Source: Cyanophora paradoxa CCMP329
Lineage: Eukaryota; Plantae; Glaucophyta
Assembly: GCA_004431415.1 (NCBI GenBank)
Contig: QPMI01000647.1
Location: 1-64,000, forward strand
Reading direction: 5' to 3'
DNA length: 64,000 nt
This document shows, piece by piece, positions 44,056 to 56,753 of the stretch. The first letter of the stretch is position 1. Each line of letters starts with the position of its first letter. The notes beneath the pieces were generated by a model that searched no databases, was not told the DNA's origin, and saw nothing but the letters and a program-made list of their open reading frames with translations. The position numbers and the translations under genes are program-made.

Positions 44056-45560
44056 GTGGATGAGGATCCGGAGCTGGACGATACGAACGCGGATGAGTCG
44101 GGCAGCGAGACGGAGGACGAGGAGGAGGGCGGCTCGAGCTCCTCCGCCGAATCCGACTCCTCCGCCCCCAAGAAGCGCGCCCGCGGCCGCGGCTCGGGCT
44201 CGGGCGGGGCCCCTACCCCCAAGCCGCCCAAGGTCCACATCCGATCCGCCAAGCTCCCCCACGGCTGCGCTTGGGGCCGGTGCGCCGCACACCCCGGCCC
44301 CCCGCCCCGCTCCCTACTCCGCCTGCTCCCGCCCCCGCCCCCGCCCCCGCCCCCGGGGGCCCCGCTGAGCCCCTCTCAGCGCGCCCTTCGCGAGGCCGAC
44401 GCAGTTAAATACTCTGATGAACGAGGCTGTGCGTTTCGCGGCCGCGGGTCCACGCCGCTTTGATCCGCGGCCCGTGACCCTAAGCCTGCGCCCCACCCGC
44501 AGAACCGCGTGGCGGCTTGGGACTACTACGGCATCGTCAGAAAGCACGCGCCCTTCGCGAGGGAGGTCTACGGCGAGGTCCTCTCGCCCTTCGTCCGCAT
44601 CGTGCGTCCGAGCCCGCCGCCGCGCGTTGCTGTCCGCCCACGGCGCCGCCGGCAGATCATCAAGGAGCTCAGGCTGACGAAGGACGACGTCTTCCTCGAC
44701 GTCGGCTGCGGCTGGGGCAACGTCGTCTTTCAGGTTCGGCCGTACCCGTCTGGCCACGACTCGCTTTGCTCTGACACGGCGCGCAGGTGGCGGCGCTGGT
44801 GGGCTGCCGCGCGGTCGGCGTCGAGGTCCGAAAGGATCTCCACGAAGCCTCCATGACCGTCCTCCCCCACTTCGAAAGGGCACGCCGCCCCGCCCCGCCC
44901 CGCCCCGCCCCAGCCACGGCCTGCCCTAGCCTGTCAAGCCCCCTCCACTTTATTATTACTGCAACCTCGCCTCTAGATCTGAGTCTGCTGCTGCTGCTTA
45001 AGCTTATCGCCCCCGAAACGCAGCTGATGAAGGAGAACGGGATCAAGGCGGGCCAGTGCGAGTTCCACTGCGGAGACGCCGGCGCCGGAGACTGGTCATT
45101 CGAGAGGCACGCACGTCCGGCCCCTGATCATGAGCCTCCGCTGTTCCCGTCCTGGGCCTTGAGAATTAAGAAGAATTAATTATGAAGCCCTAGGCCTGCG
45201 CCCCCGCGAGCTCCGCCCTCCCCTCCGAGGCTCGCGCTCAGCCTGGCAGCAATGACGCCGGCGCCGTGGCCAGGTTCAATAAGATCTTCATGAATAACTC
45301 ATTCTTCGATTTTGCTGAGGATACTTCTCAACAACTCCTCGATCGGTTCAAGGCGACCCTGTCTGCCGGCAGCGTGGTATACAAATGAATTCGCACACAC
45401 CAAGACAAATGGCTAGGGATATGACTGCAGTGTCCATCTGTGTCAAGTCGAGAGATGAGCCTACGGGAACAAGCCTTTCGGACATCGGACCGGGTGGAGC
45501 TATTGTACTGGAGAAAGGGGCCTATACCTGCCTAGAAGCACTGCCTACACCTGCCTAGAG
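44056..45560 (+). CDS. DOT1-like histone H3K79 methyltransferase domain protein (multi-exon)
   Basis: Spliced reading VYGEVLSPFVRI/IIKELRLTKDDVFLDVGCGWGNVVFQ/VAALVGCRAVGVEVR...FHCGDA...KIFMNNSFFD. Introns 44602-44655 and 44734-44786 are GT-AG; 44880-45023 is GC-AG. Confidence 0.75.
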
Positions 45561-46289
45561 AGCCGAAGCAGAGCAGAGCTACTATAACCCCCCTCAGGAC
45601 AAGGGCGCCTACAGAGAGGACCGATGTATAAGCGAGGATGAGGTCGAAGCGGCTGAGCCTGAACTATAGCCCTCAATTTGGCAGGGAAGAAGCGCACTAA
45701 GAGAGCAAGGCCGACTAACCCCAGGGAGGGCCGGAAACCGGAGCCCGTGAGAGCCCGGGTGAAAACCGGCGGGCGCACAGCATCGCCGGCCGCAGCCGGC
45801 GACCTGTGCTCCTCGGCCGAGAGATACCTCCTCCAGCTGGCGCGCGCGCGCGCGGAGTCCGCTGCGGCGGGGGTTGGGAGGCCCCGGGCCGCCCGAGTGC
45901 TCAGAAGCACGTCGCCTCGCCAGGAATCCAAGCATCTGTGCGGCCGCGACGCCCACGGCCGCGACGCGGGCGTGCACTCACACGACCGACGATCATCTGC
46001 GCGGGCGCAGCGCAGGTCGCCGGCCCCATAGCCGCGGGCGGCCGATCGCTGCCGCAGAGAAGTGCTTGGGCTGAACGAGAGAGCAGCTGCTGAAGCCGCC
46101 GCTGGTGTCCGCTGGAGTAGCTCGCCGAACCGACCCACGGAGCGGATTCCTAACGGACGCGCGGCTAACCAGCTAGAGGAGGGCTAAAGGCACCGCCGAG
46201 GCGATTCGCGGCAGCCGGAGAGGCGCCCAGCGGGCAGGAGCCCGCTACCTACTTTCTCTCCAGGTCGGGGTACGCGAATCGCCGGCAGC

Positions 46290-48170
46290 GTGGTATCCCC
46301 CCCGCGCCCTCTTTTTATGGTGGTTATTGCTGTCGCCCCAGCCTTCGATCTCTCCGCGACCTTTAACTCTGCTTTAATCTCGCGGCTCGCAGCTCCTCAC
46401 GCTCCGCCACCTCGGCACGAAGTACAAGCCCCACTCCGGCTACTTCGTGCGGCTCGCTTGCGCATCGCCTCGCCCACCGGCGCCGCGGCCGGCGCCGCGG
46501 CCGCAGCTGAATCAGGTCCTCCCGCAGGCGGACTCGCCGCTTCAGATTTTCCGCTGGCCCTTCCGCCACTTCCGCGCGCAGGAGGACGTCGCCGTTGTCA
46601 GCTGGACCACCAAGAGGGTGGTGAGCGCGGCTGTACATGTCTCACACGCTCCGCGCTTGCTCCGTATTAATATTAATATTAGTGCACCCCACTCATGATC
46701 ATGATCGACGTGCATTAATATTGCTTACAGGATGGCTTCGTGTATGTCGTGGATCGCAATTGGAAGCAGGCCGGCGCGGGCTCCGCCAAACCAGCGACGT
46801 CGCGATCGACCGGCCGGCGCCGGCGCCCCGGCAAACAACCGGCCAACCCGGCCGAAACTGAGGAAGCGGCAGCGCTAGCCCTGGCCGACGAACGCGTACT
46901 GCCAGCCGAAGAAGCAGAGGGCCCGGTCAACCAAGCCGATCAAGCCGCGGCCGGTAATTATAATGGGAAACCGGCTGGTAACAACAAAGACACCATCGAG
47001 GTGCGATATAACTCGCGATCGTCTTAAGATCATTGATGCTGATTATCCTGTGACGGCAGGATCCGGAGGAGCTCGAGCCTTTCCACTTGAGCGCCGGCCC
47101 CCGCGCGCCTTCTGAAGCAGGAGCGCTGGACGATATCGATGTCGACCAAGGCGTCAATTTCGCGTGCGCTGTATTTCGCAGCAATTTCCGCTGCGCTCCG
47201 TCCCGAAATTAACGATCGCGAGCTTGCGCTCGTGGGCTGCAGGCTGCAGGCGGGTCCACATGCAGCTGCTCCCGCTGCAGCAGAGGCCGCTGGATCTGGA
47301 GCTCATGGGCCGTGCGTCCTGGAACTTGAAATTTGAATTTAAATTCAAATGATTCGCGCTGTGATTCTGATTCGAATTCGCTTGCAATGGCGTTCTCTGG
47401 TATACATACAGGCCTCATGATTATGATCAGCTGCCCCCTCCTTTTGATCCGCCGACTGCGCCTGCACCCGCTGCAGCCCCATGGCCAGCGCTAGCTCCAG
47501 CTCCAGCTGCGGCCGCGGCCCCGTGCGTCCTTGCAGAACTTCTGCGCTGTATATATATCCAAAGCATTCAGTGGCTAAATTTAACTTTTTCGTGGATCTG
47601 CATCCAGAGCGGCGGGCGCCGACGTGCTGTCCCTGGGGCACGAGGGGTTCTGGGCCCACCTCCAGACCACGCTCCTCGCCAAGCGGAGGCTGCCCGACGA
47701 GTCCGCCCCTTTTCCGCTCCGCTTTATCGGACATCGATTTAATTCGGTTCATGTTTTCCTGCCCGCAGAGACGCGGAGGTCCTCCGGGGCCTCCAGCTGC
47801 GCGCAGAGAACCTCCTCCGCATCCCGACCGACGTCATGTGCAAGCTCGTCAAGAACGCTACGAAGAAGCCCCTCTCGGAGGGCCTCTGGCTCCTCTTCGC
47901 GCTGGACTGGGAGGAGACCGCCGAGGAGTTTTACAAGGAGGGCCTCAAATGGTGCGTCGACGTCCGTTCACTCTCATATATAATTAGAAGTGCTTCCTAC
48001 TTGTATAATTTGAATCTGCGAATTAAAGATTCGCCTTGATTCAGGTACGCGGCGAACGGGCGGGAGGACAAGGCGGTCAGTCTGCGGGACCTGTGGAGCA
48101 AGCGTGGAGATCCAAAGCATAATGCAGATCTAGACAAGCTTTTGAGTGCTTTGGAATCTGTAAAGCGGTG
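46290..48170 (+). CDS. Host multi-exon hypothetical gene
   Basis: Exon-like segments (DGFVYVVDRNWKQ..., LSLGHEGFWAHLQ..., MCKLVKNATKKPLSEGLWLLFALDWE...) bounded by splice signals. Confidence 0.4.
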
Positions 48171-48288
48171 ACCTTTCCCCCCTTCTCTCCAATTTCAGAG
48201 CTGCTCCACCGTGCGTTGCATTCGAACGCGATATCGATTGCTTGCACTGGAATCGAACGTTAACATGTACATCGATTTCGGGGAGGGG

Positions 48289-51200
48289 CTACGGGGGAGG
48301 CGGGGCCGAGGCGGCGCCGGAGCGGTCGCGGGCGGCGCGGCGGGCGCCGAGGAAGCGGGCGGCCGGCGGGGCGAGGGCGGCGAGGGTGCGCGCCGCGCGG
48401 CCGGCGGCGCGGAGGGCGTCGGGGTCGCCCCACGCGCCCTGCGCGGCCCGCACGGCCGCGATCGAGGCGCGCATGAGGACGCGCAGCTCGGGCGCGAACG
48501 GCTGCCGCGCCGCCGCGTACGGCTTGACGGCTCCCTCCATCTGCGCGCACTCCTTGACCCACTTGCCCCGCACCGCCTCCGGCAGCGCCACCGCGTCAGG
48601 GGGCGCCCCCGGCGCCAGCGCCGCCGCCGCGCGGGCCCCGACGTCCGCGCAGATCTCCCGCAGCCGGTGCTCCAGCCGCTGGATCGCCAGCAGCTGCGGC
48701 GGCGGCGCGTAAGCCGCAGACGCGGGCGCGCGAACGGAATGAGGGGGGTACCTGGACGAGGCAGCGGGCGTCGACGGAGAGGCGCGAGACGCGGCCCGTG
48801 GCGACGAGGGGCCGCCCGTCCCCCGTCTGGTCCACGAGGCTGAGGGACCAGTCCCAGCTCTCGCACGCCTGCAGAGCGGCGTACTCCTCCGCACCCTACA
48901 ACAAGAAAAGGTGAGCGGGGGGGTACGCGGAAGATGAGAGGGGGGATACCTCGATCCAGAAGGCGGCGAAGGCGTCGCCGTCGGGTCCGAAGGTGACGGC
49001 GCGGGCGCGCTTGACGCGGGAGCCTGCCGGCTGGCCCCCGACGGGGAACGGCAGCTTCAGCTCCGCGTCGCAGTACCGCGCCGCCAGCCCCGCGTCCGCA
49101 GCGATCTGCGGGGGTACTCTGTTAGGGGACGGGGGCACACAGCGGAGCAAGCGTGGCGGAGGGCGCACGGTCGCGAGGGCAACCTCGAGGGTCTCCTCGC
49201 TCGAGTCTGGCGGGGGAGGGAATCGGCATGGGGTACCGAATCGTGAGGGGCGGGGGTACCGCCGGTGGGCAGGGCGACGTAGGCGCCGAGGCGCGCGGGG
49301 CCGCAGATGTCGTCCTGCACAGTCTCGAGGAAGACCCGGTCCTGGGGTACGCGATCAAAAAGGTTCCGCGGGGGGTACGGGATCGGGTGGGGGAGCGCAC
49401 GGCCTCGACGGGGGCGATGATGTGGAAGGAGAGGGGGGCAGCTGCGGGATGAGCTGCGGGGCGTCAGGCGCGCCGAGAAGAAAGGGCCCCCGCGGGATTC
49501 GAGCCCGGGCGCACGGAGACGAGGGCCTCGAGGCGCGGCTCGAAGTGCTCGGGCGCCAGACGCCGCCCGTCCGAGAGCAGCACCTGGAGGGGGTGAAAGT
49601 TAGGGGGGTACGGGGCGGGGTTGAGAGGGGAGGGGGTACCAGGACGCAGCGGGCGCCGGCAACGATGTCCTCAGGCGTGAGGCTCGCGGCGAAGGTCCGC
49701 AGCGCGTCCGCAAAGGCGTACATCTGCGTTGGGGGGGTGCAGTAAAGAGCAGATTCGGCGGCGGAGCAGCCGGGCCCGGGGCGGGGGCCCACCGCGACGG
49801 CGTGGGGGCAGCCGTCCTCGTCGGCGCCTTCGAAGCCGCGGGCCCAGCCGCGCTCGACGCCGAGCGCCGGGTCCGCCCCCAGCGTCATCTGAGGCACGGG
49901 GACGCTCATCTGAGGCGACGAGAGAGAGGGGGGTACGGGCGCGCTCACCTCGCTGGCCCTGCGGGGGGTACAGATGAAGACGTCGGGCTCGAGGCCGCGG
50001 GCGCCCCCGGCGAAGCGGAGGAGGGATACGGTGGCGGCCTTGAGCGAGTCCAGGGGGGTACAGACGGCCGCGAGGAGCAGCGTGCGCGGCGGGCGCGCCG
50101 CCGCGTCGGCGCGCTGCAGCGCCGCGCAGAGGAGCGCCCGCTGCATCGCCGAGGCGTGGGGGCCCGAGCCCGACTGGACCAGCGCCAGGCTCGCCCCCAG
50201 CGGCTGCCGCAGCGCCGGCGTCGACCGCCCCGCCCGCTCTGCCGCCGCCTCAGAGGGGGGCGGGGGGCGGGGGCGGGAGGCGGGGAGGGTCGGACCGCGG
50301 GCGACGGTCCAGCAGAGGGGGCTCCCCTGCACCGCCTCCCCGTTGACCTGCGCCCGTCCAAGACCCCCTCTCAGGAGCCAGCACAAGGGGGGGAGAAGAA
50401 GACGGGGGTACTAGCGCACGGCGACGTGGAGGGCGTAGTCGCCGGGCAGCTGCGGCCGGAAGCCCACCTCGAAGCTGCGGCGAGGCGAGGCGAGACGCTG
50501 AGACGGGGGGGGGGGGAGGGCGGGGGGTATGGGGCGCACGTCCCCTCGCCGCCGTCCTTGACCTCGCAGAAGCAGCGCGCGGGGCCCACCACCTCGGCGT
50601 GCACCGCGTCCTGGGGGGGGGGTACAGCGCTGGTTCAGAAGAGGTGGGGGTAGAGAATAAAAGGGGAAGCGGGGGGAGGGCTCGCCAGGACGTCGAGCGT
50701 CCGCGCCACGTTGCGATTCTTGTCCCGCGCCACGAACGACGCTGTGCAGCTGCGAACGAAGGCGTGAGAGGGGGTACGATAAAGGGGCGAGGAGGAGGGG
50801 AAGGAAAGAGGGTACCGGGGCCCGACGCCGAGGCCCTCGGTGGCTGAGACGGGTACGACGACGGGCCGCTCCGGCGGCGGCGCCAAGCGCTCGATGGATG
50901 TCTCCGCCCCCACCGCCCGCCCTGCCGCTTGGGTTTAGAGGGGAGGGGGAGGGGGAAGAGGCACGGGAGAAGGGGGTACGGGACGGACCGGGCTCAACGG
51001 TGAACTCGTACGGGGAGCCGGCGGGGCTGTACCCGTCGAACGTCACCGTCAGAGTGCAGTCGCACGCCTGCATCGCCGCGCCCGAGATCTGCGGCCGAGT
51101 GTTCGAATCCGGCCGGGAGCGATTCGAGGGGGTACAGCGCTCGCCTCGAAGACGACCTCGCCGGCCCACTCGCTGGGCCGCTCGACGATGGCGGGTGACG

Positions 51201-54200
51201 TCACGGCCGCCGCCGGCTCGAATCGCGCCGTGAGCTTCTTCCGGACCTCCTCGGGGGGTACCACGTCGTCCGGGGCCGAGCGGAGCTTGAAAAGCGCCGC
51301 GAATCGCTCGCCGGAGCGTACTGCGGGCTCGGCGGGGGGTACGAGCTGCACGGAGCGCGCCCCCTCCATGACCCGCCACGGCATCGGGGTACCCCGAATG
51401 CGGGCCCCGATACCCCTCGCGGACTGCCCGCCCTGCGTCGTCGTACCCCCCGCGCCCGCCTGCGCAGCGGATCGCCTGCCTGAATTTCTAAGAAAGGCTC
51501 AAACGGCGTACCCCGAGGACGGAGGCCATGATGGTGTAGTCCCCGGGTACGGGGGGTACGAACGAGAGCTCCAGGATGCCCCCGCCCGCGTCGCGCACCG
51601 ACATGGGGCCCCGCACCTGCCCCCGCCCCCTCAATCCACGTACCCCCAGACAGTAAAAAAGCAAGGGGGGTACGGCATCGGGCTGGTCGTTGTGGACGTA
51701 CTGCGCGGCGACGGGCGCCTCGCGGAGGGAGGCGGGGCCCCCGACGCACGCCTGCCCGTACCTGCATGCCGCGAGGACGCTCAAGACGGATCGAAAGTTC
51801 ACGAAACTTCTCCTTCGAAACTTCGCGGAAGAGGGAAACTTCGGCCGAAACTTCGTCCGAAACTTCGGACGCACCGGTCGCGGGCGCGGACGAGGACGAC
51901 AGAGCGGACGCCGGCGACGCCGTCCGCCGGCGCCTCCTGCCCCTCGTTCGGGTTCGCCTGCCGGGGAGGAAATCGGCTCAGATCAGATCACATCAGATCA
52001 GATCAGATCAGATCAGTTCCTATGATTGATTGTGGGGGCGCCTGCACGGCCTCGGATAGCTTGCCGGATCTCTTAGAATTCTAGCTTAGAAGGCCTAGTT
52101 CTTTTCGTGGATTTGAAGCATTATTCCTTAGGAGGGAACGCACGGCCTCGGAGAGCTTGAGGAATCTGTTAGAGTTCTAACTTGAAATTTAAAGCCTAGT
52201 TCTTTGCGAATTTGAAGCACAATTCCTTAGGAGGGCGCACGGCCTCGGAGAGCTTGGGGTCGATGGGCCCCGGAAGGACCGTCCACGCCAGCGAGCCGGC
52301 GGCGCCGGCCCCGGGCAAGCCCCCCGCCAGCCGCTCCGAGTCGTGGTACACCTGCCCGCCTCATCAGGGAAAAAAAGCAAAGGAAAGGAAGGGAAAGAAA
52401 GAATAGGTGCCTCGAGGGTGTAGCGGCCGGCCTTGACCGGCGTGAGCCGGACTTCGAAGTTGGCCTGGGGGGAGGAGGCGGAGGAAGAAGAAGGGCCGGC
52501 GAGGGCCCCCGCGCCGGCCGAAGAGGGCGCGGCGGCCACAATCTGAAACATACACCATAAGAGAAAGGTAAGAGGACAGACAAGGACGAAGGACTATACC
52601 TTCGCGCCGTCGACGCGCGAGGCGGCGCCGTCGGCCCCGAGGCACTGCACGATGGCCTTGAGCTTCGCGGGGTCGATTCCGGAGGGGCGCTCGTTCCCGA
52701 ATCGGTCCCGCAGGTCGATCCCCGCCGCGATCTGAGCGAACGGCCGTCTAAGTAAGCTACAAAAGTAAGAAGAAGGCGATAAGAAGGTGCGCGCCTCCTC
52801 GCCGCAGATGGCGAGGGGCGCGCTCGGGTCCTCCGAGGGCGGGGCCCCCGCGAGGAGCGAGGGCCCCGCCAGCTGGACGCGCCGCAGCCCCGACTTGGGC
52901 GCCGCCACGGGGCCTGGGCGAGGCGAAGAGGAATGAGGGGAAGAAGGAAGACATAAGGAAGGGATGAAGGTTAAGATAGTTAAGACAGTTAAGGTAGAAA
53001 GAGCCTCAATGCAGAGAACTACGAGAGAGACGGACCGGGGCGGACGGTGAAGGAGATGTCGGAGCCCTTGACGTGCGCCTCGCCCTGCGCCACCTTGATC
53101 GCGTAGCGGCCCGCCCTCTCCGGGTTGAACCTGAAGTAAGAAGAAGGAGAAGAAGTTAGGAGGAATTAAGTAAGGATGGGTGGGTGGGGAGGGGGGTACA
53201 GGAGGACGAAGAGGCCGGCGGCGGCGTCGAGGGCGCTGTGCGCGAGCTGCAGGGGCCCCTCGTCCGCCTCGGCGCCCTAAGGAAAACGGAAAGACAGAAG
53301 AGTTCAGAATTAAGAAAGGATAGAAAGTAAGGGGGGGGGGGTACGCGTGCCTGGCGGGAGGCGGTCGCGGTGAGGGTTTGGACGAAGTCGGAGGCCTCGG
53401 CGCCCTGCACGACGTTCCCCACCCCGTCCCGCACCTGGGGGAGGGAGGGGGGCAAGCGAGCGAGCGCAGAGGATGAGAAGGGCGGGGGAGGATAAGAGGC
53501 ATCAGCTGAAGGCGAATGAGCAGTTTGTGTGTGTTGTTTCGGATGAGCAGAAGGAAAAGATTAGAGGGAGCGTCCCGTAACATGGTTCGCGTTCGGGTCG
53601 CATAATAATAATAATAAGAAGGCGCGCGGCGCCTCCCTCAAGTGCGCTCGGGCACCTCGAGGCGGAGCTGGCTGGAGGAGCCGGCCTCGCAGATGACCGG
53701 GTCCATCGGCGTCAGCTGCGACTTCGCCGCGTTCGCCGCCCCTGCGCGCCGGTGTGAGAAGAGACAGAGCGCAGATCCGCGCTCTAGATGGCTCGTCGCG
53801 TCTCTTTAAGCTCGTCTACGAAGTCGCTCATTTCTATGAGATTCTTCTTCTATAAATGAACATTTCTATGAGATTCTTCTATAAACAAACATTTCTATGA
53901 GATTCTTCTATAAATTCTAGAGGGGAGGGAGCTCTAGAGCGCACCGGTGGCGACGTCGAGGGGGAGCGGGTGGGCGGCGCGGTCGGCCCCGTGGGCGACG
54001 TAGAGGACCCAGCGCCCCGGCGCCGGCGGCTCGAACTCCACCGCGTAGCTGCGCGGCGGCGAAGGCGGATGAGAGTCGGACGCGGGTTCGGACGCGGAAT
54101 CAGACGCTCGCTTGCTCGCGAGCGAGCCCTCTGTCTGTCTGTCTGTCTCCGGCCTCTTTTTGGGCGTTCTAGCATAGGGAAGCGCACCAGCCGCCGCCGA

Positions 54201-56601
54201 TGTCCGTGATGCTCGGCGTCGCGCTGGTCTGCGCGAGCCCCGCCCTCAAAACGAGGCCGCGGGGCGGGACAGGGAGGAGCGGGGCCTTCTGAAGCCTTCT
54301 ACAGAGCGGAGGAAGGGGCGGGGCGCGCGGCGGGGGCTACAAGGCTTTGATAAAGCTTCGGTTCAGTTGAGCGTTAGATTTCGCGCGCCCGGAACGGAAA
54401 GGCGGGTTGAGAGTTCGGTTGAGAGCCTTCTAAAGCCTTGTACGGGACGGGACGGGGCGGGGGTGCGCACGGCGGCGGGCTCCTTGACGCCGGTGCCGCG
54501 CTCGAGCGTCGCGATCGCGTTCCAGCGGCGCTCCCCCTGCGACCCAAGGGGGGCGGGGCATCGGCGAGGGCGAGGGGCGCCCAGAGCGGCGCTCGCGAAG
54601 AGGCGCCGCGTCGGCGAGGGGCGCCCAGAAATGAAGGGGTGCCCCGGCACCTTGGGGTCGGAGGGGGAGGCCTCCTGGTCGCCCCCGGCCTCCCGCAGGT
54701 TCCCGAACTCGTCCCGCGACTGCGAGCGGGGGCCGGGGCGAAGTCAGCGCGAGAGCCGGGGCGAGCGGCGCGGCTTAGGACCAAAGGCCCAGCTTCAGAG
54801 AGAGCTTATAGGAGAAAGCCTATGAGATTCTTGCGAGGTCACTGTCGCGGGGGATGCCGGAGCGAGCGGCACGGCTCAGAAGATCTCAAGGTCAGGCCAG
54901 CAACCGAAGCTAGCATAGCAACCAGGCCACGGCCCGGCTGGCTCCCTTCGACTCGGGGCGGGGCGGGGCGGGGCGGGGCGGGGAGGGGAGGGGCGGGGCG
55001 TTGAGGATTGCGCGGACGGGCTCCCCCGCCGTCCTCTAAGCTTCTTTAGTCTTTGCTCTAAGCTTCTATTATGGTCTTAGTTGTCTTAGTTCTACATAGA
55101 AGCTTAGAGCAAAGACAACTAAGACCATCTAGTGTAAGCTTAGAACTCCCGGACCTTGAGGATTGCGCGGACGGGCTCGCCGGCGCGCAGCAGGGCCCGG
55201 GCCCCCGCGCGCCCCTCCTCCAGCGCCACCTCGCTCCTCGCCGTCGCCGGCGGGCCTGCTTTATGTTAGAGGGGGGAGGGGGAGGGGGAGGGGGAGGAGG
55301 AGGCGCTGGTAGGTGCTAGGAGGGAGGACGGCGTTGGAGGGAGAAGTAAGAGGAGAGAAGCTTTACATAAGAGAGAAGAGGCGTCGGGGGAGGAGGCGGT
55401 TTGTATGCGTATGGCGGGGCGTTGCGTATGTACCCGGGAGGACGCGGAGGGGGGAGCGCCCCTCTGCGAAGGGCTCCTCGTGGAAGCAGGGGACGGCGGC
55501 CGCCTCGCCCGCCAGCCGCACCACCGCCGACACCTGCCCGCGCGTTAGAAGGAGCGGGTAAAGAAGCACTCGCGTTAGGAGGAGCGGGTAAAGAAGCGGG
55601 TAAAGAATGTTGGAATACGAAGAGGGGGAATGTAAGGATTTCTGAAGCCATCCATCTTGTAGCGGCAGCGGTCCGGGCGTCTTTAATTTGAGATCGTCTA
55701 TGAAGTTGCTAATCTCTACTATGAGAAGCTTCCTATAAGTTCTATGAAGTTCCTAATCTTGAATAGGATGAGGCTCTAAGGCGTACCTCATAGCGGGAGA
55801 CCTCGTAGCCGAGGAGGGCGCGCACGCCCGTGAGCGCGAAGGGCGGCGGCCCCGCCGGGAGCGCCGCGTCGGTCCCCACGGGGCGCGTGACGGGCGCCCC
55901 GTCCTTCAGCGAGCACAGGTACGCCTGCGAGGGGGCGGCGTCAGTCTTCTAGAGAGACCCCGAGAAGAAGAGAGGCGGCGCACGTGGCCGCCGGCGGCCG
56001 GCTCGAAGAGCACGGAGAGGTTCGCCTCGTCCGTTCCCTGCGCGGAGGTGAGAACGCGATGCCGTCGCGGGGGCGGGGCGGGGGCTCGGGCGGACCGGGG
56101 GCCGGACATTGCCGCAGACGTCGTATGCCTCCACCACGAACCGCACCTGCCCGATTCGAAGTTTGTTTGGTCAGTTGGATTGGAAGTTATAGAGGAGGTT
56201 GGATGAAGTTGGAGAGGAAGTTGGAGAGAGAAGGAAGAGCGGGGGGCGGGGGCACCTCGGAGCCGGCGACGGCCGGCGTGCCCGGCTCGGGCGAGAACGA
56301 GAGCACCTTCGACTTCGCCCCGCTCGCCCGCGCTGCGGTGCATGTTAGGGGGTACATGGGTGGGTGGGGGGATGTGAGGACCCGGGAGGACGGTCCAGGG
56401 GAGGGGCGTGCCCGCGAGGGGCGCCCCGTCCACGCTCACCCCCACGCTCAGCTTCCCCAGCTGCGAAAGAAAGGAGAAAGACAGCTGAGCTTCGAAAGCC
56501 GAAGAAAGCAGGAGGAGCTTCGAGAGCTTCTAAGATCTCTTAAAAGAATCTCTTTCTAAAGATCTCTTAGAAGAATAAACTGTAAGAACAAGGTCTCCGA
56601 G

Positions 56602-56632
<31 letters not shown>

Positions 56633-56695
56633 TTCTCGCTCACCTCCTCGGGCCGCCTCATATCTTAAAGAATCTCTTTATAAAGATCTCTTAAA

Positions 56696-56753
<58 letters not shown>

